Positions 46,187 through 54,332 of a stretch of DNA of 55,433 nt are shown here, piece by piece. A model generated the notes under the pieces. The model did no database searches. It saw nothing but the letters and a program-made list of their open reading frames with translations, and was not told the DNA's origin. The translations under genes and the position numbers were made by a program. Numbering within the stretch: the first letter of the stretch is position 1; each line of letters starts with the position of its first letter. This stretch comes from a virus (taxonomy: Duplodnaviria; Caudoviricetes): IMG/VR virus record IMGVR_UViG_3300044707_000152, positions 1 to 55,433 of that record, one strand, 5' to 3'.

Positions 46187-46570
46187 TTACGATAACCAGT
46201 CCATTTCAACCTTCTCAACTTCACCTTTCGACCACTCATACATTTTGTCGTTGAGTAAGTCCCAGATTTGACTGGCATCTTCTTCTGTCTCGCACTGGAA
46301 GGTGGAGCGGCGTTCACCGATACCTTCTTTAGTAATGACAATATCTGACTTAATAACAGTATTACTATTTACACCTGTCGCGGCCATGATTGCGGTGTTG
46401 TTTATTCTGAGTGCCATGACAAGAATACCTTCATCACTTTCGTAGGTAGCCATGAACGGAGTCTCCAGCGCGGCGGCTAAAGATAGGTTTGTAACCATGA
46501 CAGTTTGCTTTACTCCAGCGAGTAATTTTTCTGCGTTGTCTTTGATGTTGTTAGTGTTATCCATAAGCAA
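46187..46570 (-). CDS. Hypothetical protein
   Basis: 127 aa; stop codon lies inside the 46181 palindrome. Confidence 0.65.
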   Translation of the reverse strand: MLMDNTNNIKDNAEKLLAGVKQTVMVTNLSLAAALETPFMATYESDEGILVMALRINNTAIMAATGVNSNTVIKSDIVITKEGIGERRSTFQCETEEDASQIWDLLNDKMYEWSKGEVEKVEMDWLS

Positions 46571-46587
46571 TCATAGTAACAAAAAAG

Positions 46588-46603
46588 TATTGACTTGTCA
46601 ATA
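46588..46603. promoter_or_regulatory. Adjacent divergent -35 elements / inverted repeat between divergent genes
   Basis: TATTGAC-TT-GTCAATA gives TTGACT on + and TTGACA on -. Confidence 0.55.
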
Positions 46604-46620
46604 GTCTTGGTTTATTTTTT

Positions 46621-46959
46621 ATGCAAATGAAACATCCATTAGAAACTGCTTATGAATCCTGCATGAGTGCCTACGAGCAATCACGCACGATCCGTTCTCT
46701 TGGACGAAAGACTTTCGCCAGCCAGCTTCGTGAAACAAGGAGATTGCTGAAATTGACTGTCCGTGAACTTGGAGACAAGATCGGCGTGACAGGATCACTG
46801 GTCAACCAGATTGAAGTAAACTCCAAGAGTATCCTAAAGAAAGAACAAGTCGAAAAAGTAATCGCCCTATGCTACAAAGAAAAACGCCCCTACAGGCAAA
46901 AACAGGATTCAAAAAGCGAGGGGGAAAGCTCAGAGCAGTCTCCGACTCCCGAAGAGTAA
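46621..46959 (+). CDS. XRE/Cro-family HTH regulator
   Basis: LRETRRLLKLTVRELGDKIGVTGSLVNQIE. Confidence 0.8.
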   Translation: MQMKHPLETAYESCMSAYEQSRTIRSLGRKTFASQLRETRRLLKLTVRELGDKIGVTGSLVNQIEVNSKSILKKEQVEKVIALCYKEKRPYRQKQDSKSEGESSEQSPTPEE

Positions 46960-47186
46960 AGAATGCTGATTACGAAAAAGTCAAAGCAGAATACTTTGAA
47001 GAGAAAAACTACAAGTGCGAGATATGCAATGGGCAAGGCACAGACCTTCACCACAAAAAAGGGAGGGGCAAGTTCCTATGCGACAAGTCCTCATTCATGG
47101 TTCTTTGCCGCGCCTGCCACAATCGATGCCACCACGAAGTAGGTTGGGCAAGAGAAAATGGATACATAATTTATGACTACAAATAA
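46869..47186 (+). CDS. HNH endonuclease-like protein
   Basis: CEIC...DLHHKKGRG...LCRACHNRCH. Confidence 0.8.
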   Translation: MLQRKTPLQAKTGFKKRGGKLRAVSDSRRVKNADYEKVKAEYFEEKNYKCEICNGQGTDLHHKKGRGKFLCDKSSFMVLCRACHNRCHHEVGWARENGYIIYDYK

Positions 47187-47400
47187 TACATTTGAATCCC
47201 GCATCATCTGCGAGGGAACTGAAGTAAGCAATACACCGGAGAAGATTCTGTTTCGTCAGAAGTTCAATCAATGTTGGGTGAAGAAAAGTGACATCCGACT
47301 GAACGAAACTCTTGGAAATCTTGACGGAGAGAAAATGATTCGTATTGTAGTTCCAGAAGAAGTAGCGAATACTTTAGAACTTGAAGGAATTCTCGATTGA
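47173..47400 (+). CDS. Hypothetical protein
   Basis: 75 aa; T.EK.ILF...WV.KS motif. Confidence 0.6.
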   Translation: MTTNNTFESRIICEGTEVSNTPEKILFRQKFNQCWVKKSDIRLNETLGNLDGEKMIRIVVPEEVANTLELEGILD

Positions 47401-47413
47401 TCTTTGGAATAAT

Positions 47414-47685
47414 TTGTCACGTTCTTTTGCCAGACGAACGTATTCATTCAATTCGGATTGGGCATTCCCGACGAGATAGTAGATGTAGAAAAGCGCACAA
47501 TGGCAACATGGATGGCCAAGGGACATCAATTGTGCGGCGTGACAATAACTTTACTGGGAAGCATGGAGTCATGCAGCTAACTACGAGCTTTGAAGTAGTC
47601 TTGTGTAAAGTGGCAAAAAGAGCCAAACGGCAATACATGGGGCCGTCACTAAAACCATGACCAAGAGTAACGCCTTGGCCCAGTA
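47414..47685. ncRNA. Candidate two-domain structured RNA between convergent genes
   Basis: Two closed multi-branch domains with at least 8 short helices. Confidence 0.35.
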
Positions 47686-49536
47686 TTACCAATCTCCGTT
47701 ATCGTCTGATCCGTAGTCATCATCTGGAGTGGTATCAATTGATACTTCATCCCGCGCCCAAAATCGGTTAGTTGGAACTGGTTTATCGTTTCCGATAAAA
47801 ACAAGTCCATTACGCCGCGCCATTTCGAGTGCGTAGATTAAGCTATCACTCAAATCAGGCGAGTATCCTGTTCTGCCTTTAAGCTCATCTTTAGTCTCAA
47901 TGGCAATCTTCTTGGACTTAATGGTGTATCGTCGCAAACAAAGTTCCCGCGCCAAATCCGAAGCAGGATCAATCCCAAAGATAACGCGACTCTTGAAGGC
48001 ATGATAGGCTGAGTAGTAGTATTCAGAAACAAGTCTATCGTAAACATCCTTACATGGGCGTTTATCAACCTCTGCCGCGATTCGTTCAGTAGGTTTACCC
48101 ATAGATGAGATAAGAGCGATTGCCGCGCCAGAAGAGTCAAAGCGTAGCCACTCACGAATGATAGCCTGTCCAACTCTACCGCCATCACCAGAAACGTCCA
48201 TACCAAACTTAGAAGGTTGAACGCCAGCCGCACGACATAACTGAACAACTTCAGTAGCAAGTTGAATCTCAAACTCGGCAGCAGCATTAGCGGATAACTG
48301 GATTACCTTCTGACTCTCAAGCCACATCACACGATTGCGAGTGCCGCGCACGAACCCAAGTTTGGCGATAGTAAGAACGCACCTATCTCCACCGATTGTA
48401 AATGCGGTGTCGAATCCAGCTACCTTGGTAAATCCTTCGGAATCCCATAGTGGTTCTTCGTTGGTATCAGCATTACGGATCAAGTCAGCGGTAAGTATGG
48501 TCTGAGCAAATCCAGTCTTCGGCCACCAACCGATAGCGTTACGCACATAGTCAATTGCATTTTCGTCTCCATAACACAATTTGAGCATCATCTCCTGCTT
48601 CTTACGATCCATGAGAAATGGAAACGGAGAGGGTTCATTAGCAGGCGCGGCGAAGTTTGGGCTACGCATACCATTGTAGAACAAGCAAACTCCAGTCTCA
48701 GTCTCCCACTTATCCATGTCTGGGTTTACTGAATCAAAGTTAGAACAACCTTTCGGCATAGCCCAACGAGTGTGAGGATTATCACCAGCAGATGGGTTTC
48801 CGATACCGATAAAGGTAACATCATCGTTTGCACCCAAGTTGACTTTTGAGGTGATCGCGCCCATTTCCATTTCTGGCAACTCATCAAGTGCAAGACGGAT
48901 TCGATCATTCTTACGACCACGGGTGGTATCAACTGCTTTTTGACCTTCATTACCAGATGGAAAGGCGAGGGCTTTGATAGCATTATCGTATTCCTTTTCC
49001 TCATCGTTTGTTGCTCCACCCCAAACAATCATATGACGATAGTCGATTAGTTTACCTATCTGAACGCGAGCGCATTTATAGAGCTTGGAGATGATACCCC
49101 AGATACGATCTTCAGATGCGCCGAGAGTAGTAGTAGCTACCCATGACGAAGTGCAGTGCGGGGCAGCGCACCAATCAAGGTAAATCCAAAGACCAACCGG
49201 AAAACTTTTTCCCATTGAAGCGGCTCCAGCTAAACAAATATCAACATTGCTGCAAAGTTCATCTAAAGTTCTAATTAACTGAGTGTTGGTGTATCCTCGG
49301 TTGTAAATAGAAACTTCAGTCGGCCATTGAAGTTTAACTGCATTAAGAAAATGTTCAGATGGAGAAAGTAGTTTAAAATCTGAAATATTTATATTTTGTC
49401 TAATACAATAAGTTCTACCATATTGTCCTCGGCTTATAGCGTAGCAGTATAACTCAATACCAAGGTCATCCATGTTTTCTGGGAATTGAATTCCGTAACG
49501 ACGAATACCTTTGCTTGAAGAAAAAACTCTTGACAT
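47686..49536 (-). CDS. terL: Terminase large subunit
   Basis: GAASMGKS Walker A, LALDE Walker B, GIGNP coupling motif, AGFD and SPDLSD nuclease motifs; start 49536 or 49560. Confidence 0.88.
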   Translation of the reverse strand: MSRVFSSSKGIRRYGIQFPENMDDLGIELYCYAISRGQYGRTYCIRQNINISDFKLLSPSEHFLNAVKLQWPTEVSIYNRGYTNTQLIRTLDELCSNVDICLAGAASMGKSFPVGLWIYLDWCAAPHCTSSWVATTTLGASEDRIWGIISKLYKCARVQIGKLIDYRHMIVWGGATNDEEKEYDNAIKALAFPSGNEGQKAVDTTRGRKNDRIRLALDELPEMEMGAITSKVNLGANDDVTFIGIGNPSAGDNPHTRWAMPKGCSNFDSVNPDMDKWETETGVCLFYNGMRSPNFAAPANEPSPFPFLMDRKKQEMMLKLCYGDENAIDYVRNAIGWWPKTGFAQTILTADLIRNADTNEEPLWDSEGFTKVAGFDTAFTIGGDRCVLTIAKLGFVRGTRNRVMWLESQKVIQLSANAAAEFEIQLATEVVQLCRAAGVQPSKFGMDVSGDGGRVGQAIIREWLRFDSSGAAIALISSMGKPTERIAAEVDKRPCKDVYDRLVSEYYYSAYHAFKSRVIFGIDPASDLARELCLRRYTIKSKKIAIETKDELKGRTGYSPDLSDSLIYALEMARRNGLVFIGNDKPVPTNRFWARDEVSIDTTPDDDYGSDDNGDW

Positions 49537-49572
49537 ATCAATAGGAAAATATATTTTCATTTCAAAAGCAAG

Positions 49573-49950
49573 ATGAAACTAAAAAACAAAAACCTCGCAC
49601 CAATCGGCGGCTGGTTCTTTAAATATGAGATCAAGCGCGATAAACTCACATTTCCTGCAATTGTTCATGGTAGCACATGGAATTCCTTGATAAAGAATAT
49701 CGAGAAAGACTATCGCGCAAACAACATCGAACTTCCTGCTAACATCGAAGCGATGGTCGAAGATCAAATCTGCCAGCGTCAACCAAGTGATCGTTGCTGG
49801 TATGTTGATGGTCTTGGAGACAAGATCGCTAAAGCCATCCATACAGTCGCAGCGGTAACTGACAAAGTTTTGAAAACTAAACTTGAGCAGAAAGCTAAAA
49901 TATGTCCTTCCTGCAATAAACGTAGGGTTGCGCTTAACTCATTATCGTAA
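49573..49950 (+). CDS. Hypothetical protein with CxxCxxR...LN C-terminus
   Basis: GLGDKIAKAI...CPSCNKRRVALN; stop codon lies inside the 49943 palindrome. Confidence 0.7.
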   Translation: MKLKNKNLAPIGGWFFKYEIKRDKLTFPAIVHGSTWNSLIKNIEKDYRANNIELPANIEAMVEDQICQRQPSDRCWYVDGLGDKIAKAIHTVAAVTDKVLKTKLEQKAKICPSCNKRRVALNSLS

Positions 49951-49962
49951 ACGATAAAATAT

Positions 49963-52452
49963 ATGTCTTTAAGTATCGGCAATGATAATTTCAGTTTGGC
50001 TGCACTTGACCAAGATGGTAATCCGCCAGCCACAAGGATCAGCAACGCTTCGCATTGCTGGAATATAGCTAATAATTTAAGGCTGGCAAATATCGGAAGG
50101 GAGTCGAAGCGTATCCGTATCTATAAGGCGTATAAGATGTTCCCGCCTACAGGTTACAGCAAACTTGCAGAAAAGCGTTTGCCTTGGCAATCGGATGTAA
50201 ACTACGGACAACTTGGATTTATCGTAGATAACCAGAAGTCCAGTTACTACGATGTTATTACAGAACGGCAGGCTTGCTGCACGATCAAAAGTAAATTTGG
50301 CAATGAAAAAGAACGCCTCGTTAACTCAGAGAACATCGGAATCGCATTTGACCAAGCAATCCGCGAATGGCCCGGATACCTCTACAATACAGAGCAAGAC
50401 CTTGAAGAAATGTTGTTGTATGGAAAAGGAATCGGAATGTGGGACTCCCCTATGGGATGGATGCCAGAACACGTTTACCTCTCCGACCTCCTCTTTCCAG
50501 ACGACATTAGGATCGACTTTTGCAACCTTGAGGAGTTTGTCCGCCGTGTCCGTCTGACACCATACGAACTCTACAAGAAGATCGAGAATCGTGCGGCGGC
50601 AGAAGCAATGGGATGGAATGTAGACGCAGCAATTGACGCTATCCGTTTCCATCGTGCATTCAGCAACAATCGCAAGACCCGCGAAGACTTCTTCCGCACT
50701 ATCAGCGAAGCAGGATTTAACTGGTCACTTTCCGTAAATCAGAAGATCGACCTCTACGAAGTTTACTGGAGGGAGTTCGACGGAAAGATCAGCAAGGCGA
50801 TTATCCTTCAAGACTATCAACCCATCTCGGACTACATCAACTCCAATATCAAGGGAGCAGGCAAGATCAGTGAAGATGATGTCAGAAGCCAACATGGATT
50901 TATGATGCTGAAGATTGGACTCTTCAATTCATGGGATGAGATCATGTATATGCTGACCGACTCGGTTGGCAGCGGACTCTTCCAAGACATCAAAAGCCAA
51001 GCAGAGTCGGCATTCGTCGCCTGTCGTCAGTATGACTTCACCATGAACTCGCTGGTCGATGCCGTGCGCCTTAATTCCATGTTGATGATCGAAGGTCAAG
51101 GGCCGGATGCAACGAAGATGTTGAAGCAAATGGAATGGTTGCCAATCAGCGTAATGCCAGATGGCGCAAAATTCATCCAGAACCGCTTCCAGCTTCCAGT
51201 AGCAGAAAGCATGAGTTTCATGCAGTTCTTCATGGGAGATATGTATAGGGGCATGGGTCAGTATCGCATCAACGCACCTACCGCTGGAGGTAAGCAGCGC
51301 ACGAAAGGTGAAGCGGAACTTGATGCCGCTGAGTCTGCAAAATTATCTGGAACTCAGATTCGCCGATTCAACGAGTGCCAAACTTTATATTTCAAACAAC
51401 TCTACAAACGCTTCGTAAACGCTAAGTCCAGCGATGATGGATACGAATATGTTAAGAAGTTTTATGAGATTCTTGAAGAACTTGGAACTCCGAAAGAAGC
51501 CGCCGCTTGGAAGAACATCACAAGCATCCGTTCTAACCTAATCAACGGGGCTGGCAGTCCGTCATTCAAGCTCATCACAGCAGAGAAGCTATTGAGCATT
51601 ACAGCAATTACTCCAGCCAATGAAGGGCAAGAGAACGCAGTTAAAGATGCAATCGCGGCACTCTCTGGCAGGGACAACGTAGCTCGCTATCGCAATACCA
51701 AGCCAACTAAGATTACTGATACCGCTCGCGTAATCGGGTTTGAAAATGCTGGCATGACGGATGCCTTTGTTAACCCGCAAAACTTCCCTGTGCTGCCAAC
51801 TGATCCACATATCGAACACGCAGTTGGTCACTTGCAGGACATGATGATGCAATTGCAGATGAACCTGCAATCTGTGCAGCAAGGTCAACCAGAGCTTGCA
51901 GAGCTTTCCAAGGCAGTCCGCTCAGTCAAATTCAAAGGTGGTCACATCATGGCGCACGTTGAATATATCAGTAAGGATGAATCCAAGCAGGACTTCTTGA
52001 AGCAATTCATGCAGGGAATGAATGAAGCACAAGCAATGGCCGACGAACTTCAACAAGTTTACGTCCAGATGGCTGAAGCCGAAGCTCAGAAATCTGGTCA
52101 GCCAAACTCCGAGGAAGACATCAAACTTCAATACCTCGCTGCTAAATCTGGTATCGAAATTGACACCAAGAAGAAACTTGCTGACATCTCAATTGGCAAG
52201 GCTTCTATCAGTCACGCTCAACGCACTGAACAGCGTAAAGAACAAGGCATCACTCAACTCGCACTTCAGAAGGCTAAAGCTCGCGCTGAGATTCAGAAGG
52301 AGAAAGCAAAGCAAGCAGCAATGCAGGGCGAAGCTCCAGAGATGGAAGAAGAGGAGCCAGAGGAAATGGAAACCGAAGAGGTTGAGACTCCAGAAGTAAC
52401 TGAAGAAGTTGAAGTCGAAGAAACTCCAATGCAGACACCAACACAAACATGA
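49963..52452 (+). CDS. Portal protein
   Basis: 829 aa; position before scaffold and capsid; LYEVYWRE motif; Q/E-rich helical C-terminus as in P22-type portals. Confidence 0.7.
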   Translation: MSLSIGNDNFSLAALDQDGNPPATRISNASHCWNIANNLRLANIGRESKRIRIYKAYKMFPPTGYSKLAEKRLPWQSDVNYGQLGFIVDNQKSSYYDVITERQACCTIKSKFGNEKERLVNSENIGIAFDQAIREWPGYLYNTEQDLEEMLLYGKGIGMWDSPMGWMPEHVYLSDLLFPDDIRIDFCNLEEFVRRVRLTPYELYKKIENRAAAEAMGWNVDAAIDAIRFHRAFSNNRKTREDFFRTISEAGFNWSLSVNQKIDLYEVYWREFDGKISKAIILQDYQPISDYINSNIKGAGKISEDDVRSQHGFMMLKIGLFNSWDEIMYMLTDSVGSGLFQDIKSQAESAFVACRQYDFTMNSLVDAVRLNSMLMIEGQGPDATKMLKQMEWLPISVMPDGAKFIQNRFQLPVAESMSFMQFFMGDMYRGMGQYRINAPTAGGKQRTKGEAELDAAESAKLSGTQIRRFNECQTLYFKQLYKRFVNAKSSDDGYEYVKKFYEILEELGTPKEAAAWKNITSIRSNLINGAGSPSFKLITAEKLLSITAITPANEGQENAVKDAIAALSGRDNVARYRNTKPTKITDTARVIGFENAGMTDAFVNPQNFPVLPTDPHIEHAVGHLQDMMMQLQMNLQSVQQGQPELAELSKAVRSVKFKGGHIMAHVEYISKDESKQDFLKQFMQGMNEAQAMADELQQVYVQMAEAEAQKSGQPNSEEDIKLQYLAAKSGIEIDTKKKLADISIGKASISHAQRTEQRKEQGITQLALQKAKARAEIQKEKAKQAAMQGEAPEMEEEEPEEMETEEVETPEVTEEVEVEETPMQTPTQT

Positions 52453-52694
52453 CAACAGAAAAAGTAAAATCCCTATGCGCGGCGATAACATCACACGAAG
52501 ACTGGAACAAACTACAGGCGTATTTACTACTTAACGTAAATCCCCCAGAAGGAGTAACCACGCTTATCCATGCAATCAAAACTATTGAAGCTATTGGAAC
52601 AGAAGAGCAGGGAGCATTCAAAAAAACAAAAGCTTCTGCAAAGCATAAAGAGCCTGCGGATAACACGATTGATCCAGACCTCGACGAAATCTAA
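52449..52694 (+). CDS. Hypothetical head-module protein
   Basis: 81 aa between portal and scaffold. Confidence 0.6.
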   Translation: MTTEKVKSLCAAITSHEDWNKLQAYLLLNVNPPEGVTTLIHAIKTIEAIGTEEQGAFKKTKASAKHKEPADNTIDPDLDEI

Positions 52695-52697
52695 TTT

Positions 52698-53981
52698 ATG
52701 GCAGACACAAACGACACAGCAGACGTAATCGCGGAACTGAAATCCAAACCTCAAGTTCCGATTAAAGGTAACACATCTGACTTCCTCAAGAAGTTCAGCA
52801 AACAACAATCCGACGAGGGTAAGCCAAGTGCTACCAATGTTGGTGATCCTAAACTTGGAATAGCTAAATACAATGAAGAAGAACCACCAGAAGAAGTGGC
52901 GGGAGTTACCGAAGCTGAAATCACATCTGACCGAACAGGAAAAAAGAAAGGTTTTGTCGAGCGACAAATCGAAGAAAACCGCAAACTCAAAGAAGAACTT
53001 GAGAAATACAAGAAAGATGAAATCCCCAAGTTTGAAACCAAAATCCAAGAACTTGAGCGAATGGTCTCCGAGTCAACATCGACTAAAGAAGCCAATCATT
53101 ACCAAGAACAACTCAACAAAGCCAACCAAGAAAAGTTGGAAGTTGAGCAACAACTATCAGAGCAAATCAAAGAACTTCGGGGTAAACTGGACTTCCACGA
53201 CATCACAAGTAATCCAGATTTCAAAAAAACTTACCTCGATCCTATCAAAAGCACCTACGATACTGCGCGACAATTGCTATCGAATGATCCAACTCTTCTT
53301 TCGACATTCTCCCGTGCTGTTAATGCAAATGCCTCCATCTTCAATTCGGCCTCCGAAGAAGATCGCAGGGCAGCAGAAGCCGACCGCGACCAAGCGTTTG
53401 AAGAAATCACAAACTCGCTCTCGCAGTTCAAACAATATCAATTCGCGGAGCAGGTTAACAGCTTCATCAAAGCAACTCAAGGACATCACGCTGCTCTTGT
53501 CAACTTTGAAGAAACCAAGCAGAATATCCTTCAAACCGCTAAACAAAAAGAACAAGAAGGCAGGAACAAGTATCTGAACCAGTGGCGTGAAGGCTACAAG
53601 AATACTCAGCAGGAGATTGATCGGGCTACGGAAATCCCGGACACGATTGCTGACTACATGAAGGAGAAGGGAATCAAGTATGACATCTCCCGCGACGAGG
53701 CTATTGCTCTGGCGGCTACCCAGCAGACCAATGAGCAGGCATCAGTTGAAGACATGAACCGACTGATCCATCAAGGCCGTGCCTATCAGAAGATTCAAGC
53801 ACAACTGAAAGCATACCAAGAAATGGTAAAAGAGAAAGACGATTACATCGCGCAACTGAAAGGTTCGTCGCGCATCTCGTCATCATCAAGTGCATCGGAT
53901 TCCCAGAAACCAAGAATGAGCATCACGGAAGGACTGGCTGCTAAACTTGCGAAGTTCTCACCGCAAGGTCGAACAGCATAA
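52698..53981 (+). CDS. Scaffolding protein
   Basis: 427 aa charged coiled coil, immediately upstream of the capsid gene. Confidence 0.65.
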   Translation: MADTNDTADVIAELKSKPQVPIKGNTSDFLKKFSKQQSDEGKPSATNVGDPKLGIAKYNEEEPPEEVAGVTEAEITSDRTGKKKGFVERQIEENRKLKEELEKYKKDEIPKFETKIQELERMVSESTSTKEANHYQEQLNKANQEKLEVEQQLSEQIKELRGKLDFHDITSNPDFKKTYLDPIKSTYDTARQLLSNDPTLLSTFSRAVNANASIFNSASEEDRRAAEADRDQAFEEITNSLSQFKQYQFAEQVNSFIKATQGHHAALVNFEETKQNILQTAKQKEQEGRNKYLNQWREGYKNTQQEIDRATEIPDTIADYMKEKGIKYDISRDEAIALAATQQTNEQASVEDMNRLIHQGRAYQKIQAQLKAYQEMVKEKDDYIAQLKGSSRISSSSSASDSQKPRMSITEGLAAKLAKFSPQGRTA

Positions 53982-54010
53982 GCCTTACATTCTAAAGTCT
54001 GGTCATAGAC

Positions 54011-54053
54011 GGGGGAGGTAGTTTGTCGCTGTTCTACCTCCCCCAATTTTTTT
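54011..54053 (+). terminator. Rho-independent terminator
   Basis: GGGGGAGGTAG...CTACCTCCCCC then AATTTTTTT. Confidence 0.8.
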
Positions 54054-54094
54054 GTAAAAAAACTCTTGACATAGTAAATAGATGATTGCAATGT

Positions 54095-54290
54095 CCGATC
54101 AAAGAGAAATCCGAAATTATCGTTTACGATAAAATTAGGGATTCAGTCGCACTCTGACTGGCGAGTATCAGCACTCGCATCAAAAGCTGTTTCCGGACTG
54201 GTCTTGCAAAAGACACCGAGGGTTGAACTCCGGCTCGAAAACAACAAGCATTCGCTTGGGGCTTTCGAGCCTTTTGCGTTTGCGAACCAA
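54095..54290 (+). ncRNA. Structured 5' leader of the capsid gene
   Basis: Series of hairpins with GCAA and TTCG tetraloops, downstream of TTGACA at 54066. Confidence 0.45.
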
Positions 54291-54332
54291 ACTAAAACTA
54301 AACCAAAATCAAACTCAAACAAACTAAATATT

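Larger units (their letters stand above)
1676..54131. repeat. Dispersed 14-bp palindrome TATCG-KWWM-CGATA
   Basis: Exact copies start at 1676, 8133, 13129, 15648, 21125, 22016, 22565, 24972, 28230, 31290, 33242, 38605, 40841, 43816, 45366, 46181, 47784, 49943, 54118. Single-arm-mismatch copies at 26534, 35153, 38339, 49974. Confidence 0.95.

Noticed and set aside
52873-53577. 234-aa overlapping Lys/Asn-rich ORF inside the scaffold gene
   Set aside because: Alternative-frame product of A-rich GAA/AAA/CAA codons; no independent start signal
1676-54131. CRISPR array or integron attC array made of the palindrome
   Set aside because: Copies are only 14 bp, irregularly spaced over kilobases and often intragenic; no cas1/cas2 or integron integrase was seen
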